A stretch of 64,000 nucleotides of DNA from Microgenomates group bacterium (GTDB lineage Bacteria > Patescibacteriota > Microgenomatia > UBA1400 > MFAQ01): NCBI GenBank assembly GCA_049303575.1, contig JBAQNH010000002.1, positions 316,541 through 380,540 of the forward strand, written 5' to 3'. The notes under the pieces were generated by a model. That model saw nothing but the letters and a program-made list of their open reading frames with translations, was not told the DNA's origin and made no database searches. Each line of letters opens with the position of its first letter. The first letter of the stretch is position 1. Below are positions 10,134-20,305 of the stretch, one piece after another. Made by a program: the position numbers and the translations under genes.

Positions 10134-11279
10134 ATGAAAAATAAATCAAATTATTTAGTAATCTTTCTTCTTTTTCTTTTTGTTACCACCTTTATCCTCT
10201 TTCTTTTTTGGGGAAAATTACGATCATCTGTTTTTGCTCCGAGACAAGCTATCCCCACCAACGGAACAAAGTTAACCATCGAACAATCTAGCCCCCAAGA
10301 TATTGAGGTCGTTGCCCAAAAGCTGGACATCCCTTGGGAAATTGTCTTTTTACAAAATGGTGATCTGCTTGTAACCGAAAGATCAGGAAAGCTTCTCAAA
10401 ATAGGATCCGAAACTAAAGTAATTAAAGAAATTGAAGGGGTGAAACATATTGGCGAAGGGGGATTACTGGGCCTTACTCTTCATCCAAATTTTTCCGTAA
10501 ACAATTTTGTTTATCTTTACTCGACTACCCAAGACTCAAATGGAATAACCAACAGGGTTGAAAGATATAAATTCTCAAACGACACTTTAAGTGAAAGAAA
10601 GGTTATCTTGGAAAAGATAAAAGGTTCCTCCAATCACGATGGGGGAAGGATTGTTTTTGGACCGGATGGGTATTTATACATTACCACTGGTGATGCGGAA
10701 AACCCCAACCTAGCCCAAGACAAAAACTCTCTAAATGGAAAAATACTGAGAATCAAAGACGATGGCAGTATTCCCGAAGACAATCCTTTTGGAAACGCAG
10801 TTTATTCTCTGGGACACAGAAATCCTCAAGGACTTGCTTGGGACAAAGATGGCACTCTTTGGGAGACAGAACATGGACCATCAGGAATTCAAACAGGAAA
10901 TGATGAGGTCAATCTTATTATCAAAGGAGGTAACTATGGTTGGCCAACAATTAAGGGCGATCAAACGAAAGAGGGTTTAATTTCTCCAATAATTCAATCT
11001 GGTTCAAAAGATACTTGGGCACCTTCCGGAATGGCTTACTTTGGTGGAAGTCTATTTTTCTCGGGGTTAAAGGGAGAAGCACTCTATGAAGCAAAAATAA
11101 GGAATGGAAACAAACTTGATTTACTTACTTATTTCAAACAAGAATTTGGAAGAATTAGAGCGGTTGTTTTAGGACCGGACGGATATCTCTACCTTTCTAC
11201 AAGTAACCGTGACGGAAGAGGTCAGATAAGGGAAGGAGACGACAAGATAATCAGAATAAACCCCAAGATCTTCAAATAA
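10134..11279 (+). CDS. PQQ-dependent soluble sugar dehydrogenase (YliI/sorbosone dehydrogenase family), signal-anchored
   Basis: The beta-propeller motifs GLLGLTLHPNF, HDGGRIVFGPDGYLYITTGD and LGHRNPQGLAWD are present. Confidence 0.7.
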   Translation: MKNKSNYLVIFLLFLFVTTFILFLFWGKLRSSVFAPRQAIPTNGTKLTIEQSSPQDIEVVAQKLDIPWEIVFLQNGDLLVTERSGKLLKIGSETKVIKEIEGVKHIGEGGLLGLTLHPNFSVNNFVYLYSTTQDSNGITNRVERYKFSNDTLSERKVILEKIKGSSNHDGGRIVFGPDGYLYITTGDAENPNLAQDKNSLNGKILRIKDDGSIPEDNPFGNAVYSLGHRNPQGLAWDKDGTLWETEHGPSGIQTGNDEVNLIIKGGNYGWPTIKGDQTKEGLISPIIQSGSKDTWAPSGMAYFGGSLFFSGLKGEALYEAKIRNGNKLDLLTYFKQEFGRIRAVVLGPDGYLYLSTSNRDGRGQIREGDDKIIRINPKIFK

Positions 11280-11288
11280 TATTTTCTC

Positions 11289-11510
11289 TCACTTCAGAAA
11301 GCCTCTTTGCTGTAATACGTTCTTCATGGCTAGCCATTCAGAAGGAACGGTTTCGTAAGTATCTTCTATCTGTTTCAACTTATAAATTACCACCGCAATT
11401 TGTTCGGGTGGTACACCGTCAAAAAATTCTGGAGTAAACAACTCCATAAATAAATCATCCAGGGTCTCTGGACTTTCATTTTCCGGTGCCTGTCCTTTTT
11501 GTTTTTCCAT
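11289..11510 (-). CDS. Hypothetical small acidic protein (73 aa)
   Basis: ORF only. Confidence 0.3.
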   Translation of the reverse strand: MEKQKGQAPENESPETLDDLFMELFTPEFFDGVPPEQIAVVIYKLKQIEDTYETVPSEWLAMKNVLQQRGFLK

Positions 11511-11562
11511 ATACCGATTCTAGCACGTTGCCTGTAAGTGATACCGTTATAATAACTTAAAC

Positions 11563-12246
11563 ATGGAAACAAGCGGAGTCCTCGCACCCAATGGATACGA
11601 ATTTTTTGAAGTGGAAGATAACCCGATGTTGGGAAGCGATAATAAAAAAGAAGAATTTGTAATAAAAAATAGAAGTTTTTCTGATGTAGACGGGTACTTC
11701 TCTGGTGGAGTCTCTCGTGAGATAAAAAAACTTCTGGAAGAAAATCCAAACGAGCAAATTCGAGTTCTGGACTTGGCCGGCGGAACAGAATCACAAGCAG
11801 TAAGAGATATCGAGAAAGAATTTGGAAACTCTGTGAAGGCCTTAAATATTGATTTTGCTCAAAACATTGAAAAAGGGAAAGGAGCGGATAGAGTTCAAGG
11901 AGACGCTACTCATATTCCTCTCGCTGATGCAAGCATCCAGATTGTTTATTGCCGTCAACTACTCCCCTTTATGAAGCGTTTCAGTTCCGAACATGGATCG
12001 CAGGTAAATAAGGTTCTTGCGGAGGTTGCGCGTATTTTGAAACCGGGAGGCATTGCCTTTCTCGATGACGAAGAAGAATTGTCGGGTACCAAATCGGATA
12101 ATAAACGACAAGAACTGGCAGATAAATTTGGCGTTATTTTGGAAAACTACGATAGCGCTAGTTTAAGAAAAGGGGATAGAAATTTTCCCAAGTTTTGGGA
12201 CAGAGGTGTGAGACCAGCGAAATTTCTGGTCATGAAGAAGTTGTAA
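11563..12246 (+). CDS. Class I SAM-dependent methyltransferase
   Basis: Motif I (VLDLAGGTESQAVRD) and a Rossmann-fold layout are present. Confidence 0.55.
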   Translation: METSGVLAPNGYEFFEVEDNPMLGSDNKKEEFVIKNRSFSDVDGYFSGGVSREIKKLLEENPNEQIRVLDLAGGTESQAVRDIEKEFGNSVKALNIDFAQNIEKGKGADRVQGDATHIPLADASIQIVYCRQLLPFMKRFSSEHGSQVNKVLAEVARILKPGGIAFLDDEEELSGTKSDNKRQELADKFGVILENYDSASLRKGDRNFPKFWDRGVRPAKFLVMKKL

Positions 12247-12323
12247 AACATCGTGCATTTCCTTAGATATATTTAGGGTACTTTTGTATTCTGTCTTATG
12301 AATATCAACTATAGGTTGATTGC

Positions 12324-14306
12324 TTGAATAGCTGTGCTATAATTTTGGTTAAATTTATGGAACCTATATGTTCTTTAGATATGACTGAGTTTATAAAAAG
12401 ACCTGGAATTGAGCCTGTGTCTGTGGACTCAAGCACGAAGGAGCGCATGATTGAAAGCACCAAAACCGCCTTCGAAATTGCAAAAATGGTTACCGGAAAA
12501 CATGCTCCTGTTTACCTTTATGGTGGCGCGGTTCGAAATATGCTCCTTGGACAGCCAACCTCCGATACCGACTTTGACTTCATTGGTAATTTTAATCTTG
12601 ACCAAATAGAAAAAGATTTTCCAGGATTGGTAGTAGGACGCTGGGACGCCGTATCCACCTTAAGACTCGAAATTGGATCTTCAATATATGACTTCACTGG
12701 AGTTGAGGATATTTACCAAAGACTTTCAGAAAATGATATAAATACCTCTCTTATTTTTATGGATGAGAGTGGTAATATTTTTGATTGTTTTGGTGGAATA
12801 GAGTCGCTTAACAAAAAAGAAATTAGGATCGTTGATCCTGACAAAAAAATTATCAGTGACCCATCAAGAATACTGAGAGTATTTAGATTTGCCACCGAAC
12901 TTGATTTTAGTATTGAAGAAGAAACCCTGGCAAGCACAATAAGAAACGCCCATTTGTTAAAACAAGCTAAAAACCTTGACGACGATTTGTGGGAAATTGT
13001 GACCCTTGAACCCAATAAAAGGGCCGACGTTTTGAAATCATTGAGGCAGTACGGAATTGATCGATTCCTAGAATTTCCTGAAGGTGTTCTGGAAGCAGTA
13101 AATGTTTATGAACTAGAGAAGGAGATACAAAGATTTCCACAAATAGAAGAGGTTTCGAAAATGTTTAATACCGATGCCTATCTTGTTGGTGGTGCTGTTC
13201 GTGATCTTATCTGGGGTAAAAAAATTAACGATTTAGATTTTAAAATTAAATTGCCCGTTTCGGAAATCATTAGGATTCTTGAAGAACGTGGTTTTGAGAA
13301 AAGTCCTGACTACCATACCTCAGAGGGTCAGTATTATGTAAGTACTTTTACGGGAGTTGCTGGGGCGGTTATAAATGGTATCGATATTCATTTAACTGCG
13401 GTAGAGTCAATGGAATTATCTCCCATGATTGACACAGGTGATGTGAACTTTAGTTGTTGTATTTACAACGCAAATACACGAAAAATTGTGAACCCAGAAA
13501 TCATAAAGGACATTCAAGAAAAAAGACTTTATTTCTGTAACATAGAAAATGCTAACGAAGATCCTCTAATCGTAGTCAACGCACTTAAACAAATTTCCAA
13601 ATTACCTGATGTTGTAATACCGCAAGAAACCGATAAGGTAATTAAAAGTAATATTCCGAGAGTAATACAATATTTTGAGGAAAATCCTGAAATGATTTAT
13701 ATCTTAGAATCAATTTGCGGAAACTTAAATTCTGAGGAGGCTCTCTCATATTTTGGAATTCATACGGAAGTTTGTAAACTGTTAGCCAACTTGCCTGAGA
13801 AAAAATCAAAGTTGTTGGTCTCAGGAGAAAATTATTTATCTCTAACACTTGATGAACTTTCACCAAGTGATAAATCAGAATTAATTGAATTGATCAAGTC
13901 TGCGTTTGGTAAAAAATATGATTCAAGTAAGGAATTTCCAGAAAGGATTAACTCTGTCGTTTTCGAAAGGAAAGCTGGAGAAATTGTCGCTTGTGGCTTG
14001 GTGGATGGGGAACGAGTTTATGTTGCTTCAGCCAAACGGGGATATGGATGGATAAACATTTTTACCAATTTGGCTAAAAATAATTACAACGTTTGGTGCA
14101 CTGTTGACTCAGCGAATCCAAAAATACAAGCGTTATGTTCTCTAGGTGGCCTGACGATAGAAACCGATCCAACTGTAATGAGAAAAATGCTTGTTAATAA
14201 AGGTGGTAAAGATAACAATTCGCTTGAAATTTACGAACAAAACGGACTACTTGTATTTAGAGATAAAAATAAAAGCGGTTATTCGCAAGTGCTCCTCAGA
14301 TCTTAA
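12324..14306 (+). CDS. Tandem double pol-beta/CCA-type nucleotidyltransferase protein with C-terminal GNAT-like region
   Basis: There are two separate NTase head domains: PVYLYGGAVRNMLLGQPTSDTDFDF with a following RILRVFRF, and a second one DAYLVGGAVRDLIWGKKINDLDFKI. No HD domain is present. Confidence 0.55.
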   Translation: MNSCAIILVKFMEPICSLDMTEFIKRPGIEPVSVDSSTKERMIESTKTAFEIAKMVTGKHAPVYLYGGAVRNMLLGQPTSDTDFDFIGNFNLDQIEKDFPGLVVGRWDAVSTLRLEIGSSIYDFTGVEDIYQRLSENDINTSLIFMDESGNIFDCFGGIESLNKKEIRIVDPDKKIISDPSRILRVFRFATELDFSIEEETLASTIRNAHLLKQAKNLDDDLWEIVTLEPNKRADVLKSLRQYGIDRFLEFPEGVLEAVNVYELEKEIQRFPQIEEVSKMFNTDAYLVGGAVRDLIWGKKINDLDFKIKLPVSEIIRILEERGFEKSPDYHTSEGQYYVSTFTGVAGAVINGIDIHLTAVESMELSPMIDTGDVNFSCCIYNANTRKIVNPEIIKDIQEKRLYFCNIENANEDPLIVVNALKQISKLPDVVIPQETDKVIKSNIPRVIQYFEENPEMIYILESICGNLNSEEALSYFGIHTEVCKLLANLPEKKSKLLVSGENYLSLTLDELSPSDKSELIELIKSAFGKKYDSSKEFPERINSVVFERKAGEIVACGLVDGERVYVASAKRGYGWINIFTNLAKNNYNVWCTVDSANPKIQALCSLGGLTIETDPTVMRKMLVNKGGKDNNSLEIYEQNGLLVFRDKNKSGYSQVLLRS

Positions 14307-14310
14307 AGGC

Positions 14311-15333
14311 TTATTTGATGTCGGGATAAGATTCAGAAATTGTACGCGATAAATCAGTTATCGCTTCCTCAAGTGGTTTATAAATAGTTGTTCCGGCCGC
14401 ACCTCTATGACCCCCTCCGTTTTCACCAATAGATTTAGCAATAACACTAACATCGTAGGAGTTTTCGTCACGAGTTCTCAAGCTTACAGTTACTATATCT
14501 GGTTCCGCTTCTACTAAGCTTGCAACTATGTTCCAACCAACTACAGATCTTAGAGTGTTGCCGATTAGTCCTTCCATTGCATCTTCTTTAGAAATATTTC
14601 TATTTTTAATTTCCTTATTGGAAACGACAGAAAAAACTACTTGGTCTGAATAAAATTTACGAAGATTAGATAAGGCTAAACCCATCATTTCCAGCTCAAC
14701 TGGTTTTTTATTATTTTCAAATTCAAAAACAAATGGGTGATAGTTGGGATAAATTAATGAAAGCTCAGAAAATATTTTGATTGTTTCTGGTGTCGCATTT
14801 GGATATTTAAGACCACCAGTATCTGCGAAGATTCCCAGTAGCAAATAGAGAGCAATATTCTGTTCAATTTCTATCCCCCAAGTGTTGAATAGTTTATAGA
14901 TAATCTCAGACGTAGAAGAACTCTCGGAATCTACCAAATTAATGTTTCCAAATTTTGAATTTGTTTTATGATGATCAATTACAATTGTCTTCATTCCTTC
15001 TGGGAAAACGAACCCTTCTTTTTGTGAAATTTGAGAAGGAGAAGAACTATCTAGAATTATGAACAGATCATATTCATTCGGGTCTATATCCAAGTAAGAT
15101 TTTTTTTGTATCTTGTCGCGGTTTGGCAGTGAATTTAAATAATCTGGGTACTGAGAATCGCCCGCAATACATGTGACGGTTTTCCCCATTTTTGATAGGG
15201 CTGCTTCCATCGATAACACAGAGCCAATGCTATCAGGATCAGGATACGGATGGCAGTGTAGCAATATCTTCTTGGATTGCTTAATGCTATCCAAGATAAT
15301 ATCTGCGATGTTGTTAGAGTTGGTGTCCATCAC
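14311..15333 (-). CDS. nrnA: DHH/DHHA1 phosphoesterase (NrnA-like oligoribonuclease / pAp phosphatase)
   Basis: The DHH motif (IVIDHHKTN), a GGGH motif (GENGGGHRGAAG) and an aspartate-rich N-terminus (LHCHPYPDPDSIGS) are present. Confidence 0.7.
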   Translation of the reverse strand: MMDTNSNNIADIILDSIKQSKKILLHCHPYPDPDSIGSVLSMEAALSKMGKTVTCIAGDSQYPDYLNSLPNRDKIQKKSYLDIDPNEYDLFIILDSSSPSQISQKEGFVFPEGMKTIVIDHHKTNSKFGNINLVDSESSSTSEIIYKLFNTWGIEIEQNIALYLLLGIFADTGGLKYPNATPETIKIFSELSLIYPNYHPFVFEFENNKKPVELEMMGLALSNLRKFYSDQVVFSVVSNKEIKNRNISKEDAMEGLIGNTLRSVVGWNIVASLVEAEPDIVTVSLRTRDENSYDVSVIAKSIGENGGGHRGAAGTTIYKPLEEAITDLSRTISESYPDIK

Positions 15334-15460
15334 TGTATTTTAGCACTCTGTACCTATCACCCAATCGCTTTCGATAAAATTCTAGATTTCTGTAAACTAC
15401 ATTTATCTTCACCAATGACACTTGTCCTGCACCATTGGACGTGGCATTAAAGTTAATTCG

Positions 15461-15928
15461 TTACTTTGAGAATTCTTGAATTACTTTTTCGGCATTTTCT
15501 AACTGATTAGGGAAAAGGAGGTGGTCCTTAAGTTCTCCCCTAGTTACCCATTTCACTGTTCTAATTCCATCTCCAGCTCTTACATCGCTTTCATCTCCAT
15601 TATATTTAACCCAAAACTGAGTTAGCTCTGTACCACGCCAATATTCACCCTTTTCTTTAAAGGTTTTTTCAACGACATGATCTGGCCATTCATACCGGTA
15701 TTCATTTTTACTTTTACCAATAATTTCAAACTTGTCCGACTCTAATTCCTCAATAAGTTCTCTCATTACCGCTTGCTCAGAAGTTTCACCTTCATCAACA
15801 CCACCGCCAGGGAATGACCACCACTTGTCTGGCTCGTAGGCTTCTTTATTAACCACCAAAAATTTACTGTCCTTGTCAATAACAATTGCTAAGGTACTTT
15901 GACGGTAAGATAATTTTTCTCTGTTCAT
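15461..15928 (-). CDS. NUDIX hydrolase
   Basis: The NUDIX box is GGGVDEGETSEQAVMRELIEE. The start was set at an internal Met to remove overlap with the upstream NUDIX gene. Confidence 0.6.
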   Translation of the reverse strand: MNREKLSYRQSTLAIVIDKDSKFLVVNKEAYEPDKWWSFPGGGVDEGETSEQAVMRELIEELESDKFEIIGKSKNEYRYEWPDHVVEKTFKEKGEYWRGTELTQFWVKYNGDESDVRAGDGIRTVKWVTRGELKDHLLFPNQLENAEKVIQEFSK

Positions 15929-15977
15929 ATTTTTCACTAAATTCAAAATCAAATATTCTAGTAAAAACTTGGGATAT

Positions 15978-16538
15978 CTACGAGCGCTTTGATTCCCAGA
16001 GTTGAATAGCATCGCTAAACATCGCATCTCCAGTTTCACCCCACTTGATGTAGCTTGTGATTTGATTTGCGGGGACAAATATCCTTTCCCATATATTTCC
16101 TCGATCTGGGTCTGGTGTTTGGGGTAACAGTTCATCTAGTTTCACAACACAGCGCAGTTGGTAAAACAAGTCACCCTCATTTTTATTTGGGTTATCGGGT
16201 ATCTCTGTTTTCTGGGCACCGAGTTGGTAGATTTCTCCAGCTTTAACATCGACTTCCTCCAATAATTCCCTTCTTACCGCCTCCTCAATATTCTCACCGC
16301 TCTCGGGTTTACCACCAGGAAGTTGCCACTTGCCTTCAGACGCTTCCCTAGCGACCAGAATTTCTCCCTTATTGTTAAAAACAATTCCGTACACCTGCTT
16401 AACTGGAGTATATTTTTCAAGATTATCATCACGAATCCAAGTCATAGTGACCTCCACTCCATTGAAATTGTATGATGACTTTGGATAATTCATATCTTGA
16501 TCTTGATATGACAAATTATATAGTAAAAAAATCAGCAA
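15978..16538 (-). CDS. NUDIX hydrolase
   Basis: The NUDIX box is PGGKPESGENIEEAVRRELLEEV. Confidence 0.6.
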   Translation of the reverse strand: MLIFLLYNLSYQDQDMNYPKSSYNFNGVEVTMTWIRDDNLEKYTPVKQVYGIVFNNKGEILVAREASEGKWQLPGGKPESGENIEEAVRRELLEEVDVKAGEIYQLGAQKTEIPDNPNKNEGDLFYQLRCVVKLDELLPQTPDPDRGNIWERIFVPANQITSYIKWGETGDAMFSDAIQLWESKRS

Positions 16539-16610
16539 ACATGAAAATACTTTATATCGACAATTGGGTATGTAGTCTGAGCTAAAATCTCAAGTTGCTA
16601 TTGTTTAAGT

Positions 16611-17700
16611 CGCGATACATATGGGAATGACGGCCGATACAATATGCCGTCAGATTTCCACCATTTAAAGTACACCAACAGGAAATACTCTCGTGGAGAG
16701 TATATTGCCCTGATGAAACTAATCTCTAACAGTCTTGGATTTGATCTCTCAGATCCAGCTAGATTTAGACACAAATGCTTACTTCACTACTACCAGTTTG
16801 GTTGGCGCTCTACAGTTGATGCCTACGGAGTAGGCAAGACAACTCTGTATACCTGGAGAAGAGATTACGAGGGTTCACAAAAAAGGCTTAACTCTCTCGT
16901 TCCACACTCAACAAAACCAAAGAAAGTGAGAGAGATGAAGACTGACTGGAGACTCACAGAGTTCATTAAACAAATGAGGTTAACTTACGGCAATCTGGGT
17001 AAGGAAAAGATTGAGTGCTTTCTGGATGAGTATGCCAAGGAACTTGGCATCTCCTCTCTCGGCTGCACCACTATTGGCAAGATCATCAAAAGAAGAGGTT
17101 TCACCGAAAAGGGAAAACGAAAGAAGTACTCAAAGAAAAGGGCTGTTTTGAGGGTGAAGTATGCTCCTAATGAACTAGTTCCTGGATACTTAGAAATGGA
17201 CTCCATTACCTTAAATGTTCTAAACAACAGATACTACTTTACAACCATCATTGACATCGTCTCCAGGTATGCCTTTTGTAGACTGACTAAGTCTCTTACG
17301 GCAAAGAGAACCCTGGACATCTTCAAGGAGTTTCTAGACACTAGTAAGCAAGTTCCCAGACAAGTCCAGACCGACAACGGTCATGAGTTCTTGGGAGAGT
17401 TTGACCAGTACCTAACTGAACAGAACATATCCCATGCTTTTACCTACCCTAGGTCACCCAAGATTAACGGCGTAGTAGAAAGATTCAACCGCACCATACA
17501 AGAGGAGTTTCTTAACCGAAGCGATGAACTGTATACACATGACCTGGATGGGTTTAAGGAGAACTTGGACAAGTATCTTCACTGGTACAACTACCAAAGA
17601 CCTCACCGATCGCTTAAACTACAGACACCACATGCCTTTTTGGAAGAATTAACAATTAACATTAAACAAGACCCTCTCATTCCCATATGTATGTGACGCG
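16611..17700. mobile_element. IS481-family insertion sequence (about 1.09 kb) with imperfect terminal inverted repeats
   Basis: The left end at 16611-16630 (cgcgatacatatgggaatga) matches the reverse complement of the right end at 17677-17700 (tcattcccatatgtatgtgacgcg). The match is 14 bp perfect plus cgcg. It encloses a single DDE transposase ORF whose stop lies inside the right IR. Confidence 0.6.
16644..17696 (+). CDS. IS481-family DDE transposase (rve integrase core)
   Basis: An N-terminal HTH is followed by an rve core (IIDIVSRYAF...VQTDNGHEF...VERFNRTIQEEF...YNYQRPHRSL). Confidence 0.75.
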   Translation: MPSDFHHLKYTNRKYSRGEYIALMKLISNSLGFDLSDPARFRHKCLLHYYQFGWRSTVDAYGVGKTTLYTWRRDYEGSQKRLNSLVPHSTKPKKVREMKTDWRLTEFIKQMRLTYGNLGKEKIECFLDEYAKELGISSLGCTTIGKIIKRRGFTEKGKRKKYSKKRAVLRVKYAPNELVPGYLEMDSITLNVLNNRYYFTTIIDIVSRYAFCRLTKSLTAKRTLDIFKEFLDTSKQVPRQVQTDNGHEFLGEFDQYLTEQNISHAFTYPRSPKINGVVERFNRTIQEEFLNRSDELYTHDLDGFKENLDKYLHWYNYQRPHRSLKLQTPHAFLEELTINIKQDPLIPICM

Positions 17701-17737
17701 TACACTATAACGAAAGGAAAAGACATAAAATAAAATA

Positions 17738-18265
17738 ATGGAACAAATAATTTTAGTTAGACACTGTCAAACGAATTTATTGGCATCTGGAGATAGTGGT
17801 ACGAGGAGAAATGACTCTCCTCTATCAGAATTGGGATTAAAGCAGGCAGCTCAAGTCAGTAAGTTTGTAAACAAATTTGAGTACGATGCTGTTTTTTCTA
17901 GCTTGTTTATTCGAACAATAAAAACAGCAGAAATGATAAACGAAAATAAAAAACCTCAATTTGCAAACATTAACCTCAGTGAGTATTTTGCCGGAGACGA
18001 TGGAAAAGGAAGAGAGTCAACAAACATGGGAACAGCCAGAACAATGTCCTTTATTTATCCAATGTTTGATCTTTACAAATCCATAGTCATTGTCGGACAC
18101 AATTCAATAAACTCCACAATACTTAGATCTTTTCTTAATATGGAATTTGAGGAGGCTGAAAATTATTTCAAATCAGTCGGTCAAGTATTAGTGCTTAGAC
18201 GAGATTGGCAAAAAGGAGATAAAACTTGGCACATTGAAGCCGAATTTACCCCAGACCAAAAATAA
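17738..18265 (+). CDS. Histidine phosphatase family protein (phosphoglycerate mutase-like)
   Basis: The N-terminal motif is ILVRHCQTN (an RHG-like motif with Cys in place of Gly), with VGHNS later. Confidence 0.55.
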   Translation: MEQIILVRHCQTNLLASGDSGTRRNDSPLSELGLKQAAQVSKFVNKFEYDAVFSSLFIRTIKTAEMINENKKPQFANINLSEYFAGDDGKGRESTNMGTARTMSFIYPMFDLYKSIVIVGHNSINSTILRSFLNMEFEEAENYFKSVGQVLVLRRDWQKGDKTWHIEAEFTPDQK

Positions 18266-18317
18266 ATTATTTATTGTTGAATTTATTAAAGAGATAACCT
18301 GTTTGGTGTGGTAAAGT

Positions 18318-18893
18318 TTGGAATTTTTTCCTACAAATAGAGCCGAAGAATTTAAAAACCTCCTGACACAGTACAATATATGCATGGATACTAATTTACT
18401 CCCCATAAAACCCTTTCAAGAAACACTACATGGTAGTTTCTGTGGTCCAGCTGTCATCAAGATGGTTCTTGATTTCTATGGTATTGAAAAGTCAGAGGCT
18501 GAGGTTGCCATTCTCTCCAACAAAGATGATGACCTAGGTATTGGCGACGAAGATATCAAAAGGACACTAGAAGGTGAAGGACTAAAAGTAGAAATTAAAA
18601 ATTTTGCCTCATTTGAAGATATTCAATCCGCTTTGGATAAAAAGGCTCCAGTAATCGTAAACTGGCTTACTAGAGGAAGAGCTGATTACGACGAAGACGA
18701 TTTAGCAGACGGACATTACTCTGTTGTCGTTGGCTTAGACAAGGAGAACATATATCTCCAAGATCCAGAAGTGGGCAGACTCAGAAAACTTCTCAAAGAA
18801 GATTTTATTAGAGTATGGTTTGATTTCACTTCAGATCACATTGAGAAATGGGAAGATATGGTCATCAGACAGATGATTGCGGTGTATAAATAG
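18318..18893 (+). CDS. Peptidase C39-like domain protein (stand-alone, cytoplasmic)
   Basis: FCGPAVIKMVLDFYG resembles the C39 catalytic Cys motif (CGxAxLxMxxxxxG). A His lies downstream (DGHYSVVVG). Confidence 0.4.
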   Translation: MEFFPTNRAEEFKNLLTQYNICMDTNLLPIKPFQETLHGSFCGPAVIKMVLDFYGIEKSEAEVAILSNKDDDLGIGDEDIKRTLEGEGLKVEIKNFASFEDIQSALDKKAPVIVNWLTRGRADYDEDDLADGHYSVVVGLDKENIYLQDPEVGRLRKLLKEDFIRVWFDFTSDHIEKWEDMVIRQMIAVYK

Positions 18894-19009
18894 CCAATTA
18901 CCTTTTAAGGCGGACGACTGATCTCCTGACTCTCCCGCACTCAACCAGTGAGTGAGGATGGGATCTTGTGCGGGTGGAGAATCCCTTTCTGTTGCCCCTC
19001 GTTAAAATA

Positions 19010-19459
19010 TTAAGCGAACTGTTGATTTGGGAACATGGGGTCAATCTCGCTTAACAGCGACTCAAGTTCTTCCTTTGGGCCATACCAACGAATAGTTTGC
19101 ACAAATTCCCCATTTGATAACCATTTATACTCAATATTTTCTATATTTAAATGTTCAACTTCCTGATCTGTGACAACACCGTAAATATTTTCTTTGCATA
19201 TATCCCCAAAAGCGTCTTTATATTCTTTTCTCAACGATAATTTTTTAATCGTTAAAATATTTTTAATTCCGGTTTCCTCATCAACCTCTCTCTTTACAGC
19301 ATCTTCCTCATTTTTATCTTCAGCTTCAACACTTCCAGTCACTACATAATAAAAATCTCCACCATGAATAGGGTCGATTGGATTGTTTCGAAGCGCCAAA
19401 AAATGTATTTTTCCACCCATTTCTCTAGCAATGATAGCCATAATCTTACGCTTCATCAC
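19010..19459 (-). CDS. NUDIX hydrolase
   Basis: The NUDIX box is GSVEAEDKNEEDAVKREVDEETGI. Confidence 0.6.
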   Translation of the reverse strand: MMKRKIMAIIAREMGGKIHFLALRNNPIDPIHGGDFYYVVTGSVEAEDKNEEDAVKREVDEETGIKNILTIKKLSLRKEYKDAFGDICKENIYGVVTDQEVEHLNIENIEYKWLSNGEFVQTIRWYGPKEELESLLSEIDPMFPNQQFA

Positions 19460-19518
19460 TCAGTTTAGCACGCACGTAATATTAATTGTCCGCAGGCACA
19501 ATGATAAAATAAATATGA

Positions 19519-20250
19519 ATGAAAAAGGAAATCGTGATGATTCACGGCTGGGCAACTAGAAGCTATAATTCCAATTTAGACTGTAAGGAAATAAACGAGG
19601 GTATTGCTTGGAGTCAAAGGCAAGGACTGATTAACATACTTGAGAAAGAATATTCTATTCGTTTTTTTAATTTGCCAGGGTTTTGCTGTATTAAAGAACC
19701 TCAAAAGCAAGCTTTTGATTTAGAAGATTTTTCAGACTATTTAGACATTTGGATTAAGAGTAAAGGCATTAAGCCGGTAGCTATCGTTGGCTATTCTTTC
19801 GGAGGAGCTGTAGCACTAGACTACAAATCAAGATATAAATCCGATACTAAAGTCATACTTATTTCGCCAGCCCTGAAAAGAAAAGAAACGATAAAATCAC
19901 AAATGGGGAAAATGGGTAAACATGTAGTCCCTAAAAAATACTTTACTTTACTAAAATCTATATATCAATATATTTTCAACAAATATCATCGAGAGGGAAC
20001 TACTTTTATGAGGGCAAGTTACGACAAAATAGCCAGGAGAGATATAAGATCGCAACTAGAAAAGGTAAATCCCAAAGAGATTCTACTAATCTACGGAGAT
20101 TCCGACACTTCAACCCCCGCAGATTACATTTATGAAATTGTTGAAAAGAATAAATTAAACTGTTTCATAATCAAGGGAGGAAATCACAATATTGGAGACA
20201 CACATCCAGAGGAAATTTTTTCAGCAGTTGCCGCTTTCATTCCAAGATAG
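19519..20250 (+). CDS. Alpha/beta hydrolase
   Basis: It has a GxSxG nucleophile elbow (VGYSFGGAVAL) and conserved C-terminal Asp and His residues (GDSD...GGNHNIGDTHPEE). Confidence 0.6.
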   Translation: MKKEIVMIHGWATRSYNSNLDCKEINEGIAWSQRQGLINILEKEYSIRFFNLPGFCCIKEPQKQAFDLEDFSDYLDIWIKSKGIKPVAIVGYSFGGAVALDYKSRYKSDTKVILISPALKRKETIKSQMGKMGKHVVPKKYFTLLKSIYQYIFNKYHREGTTFMRASYDKIARRDIRSQLEKVNPKEILLIYGDSDTSTPADYIYEIVEKNKLNCFIIKGGNHNIGDTHPEEIFSAVAAFIPR

Positions 20251-20259
20251 AATATCCCT

Positions 20260-20292
20260 GGCACGCGGGCGAGTGCCCGTACCCTGTACGGG
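20260..20292. terminator. Pair of overlapping GC-rich hairpins between convergent hydrolase gene and tRNA-Gln (possible bidirectional terminator; no clear U-tract)
   Basis: ggcac-gcgggcga-gtgcc (20260-20277) and cccgtac-cct-gtacggg (20276-20292) are perfect stems directly after the stop at 20250. Confidence 0.3.
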
Positions 20293-20305
20293 AAATCCTT
20301 ATCTG

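Noticed and set aside
15461-16135. 224-aa NUDIX ORF overlapping the upstream NUDIX gene by 158 bp
   Set aside because: The overlap is implausible. The NUDIX fold begins at an internal Met (MNREKLSY), so the gene was trimmed to 15461..15928.
18961-19000. Motif agaatccctttctgttgccc resembles ggaaatccttatctgttgcc found directly 3' of tRNA-Gln (20291-20310). Possible second att-like or tRNA-trailer copy.
   Set aside because: Only about 14 of 20 identities, with a 9-mer exact match. There is no adjacent tRNA-like structure in 18900-19010, since the T-loop is missing. The match is too weak to distinguish from chance.
20260-20292. Strong GC hairpins after the hydrolase stop, considered as an intrinsic terminator
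   Set aside because: The stems are perfect, but no U-tract follows on either strand. It is retained only as a low-confidence terminator-like structure.
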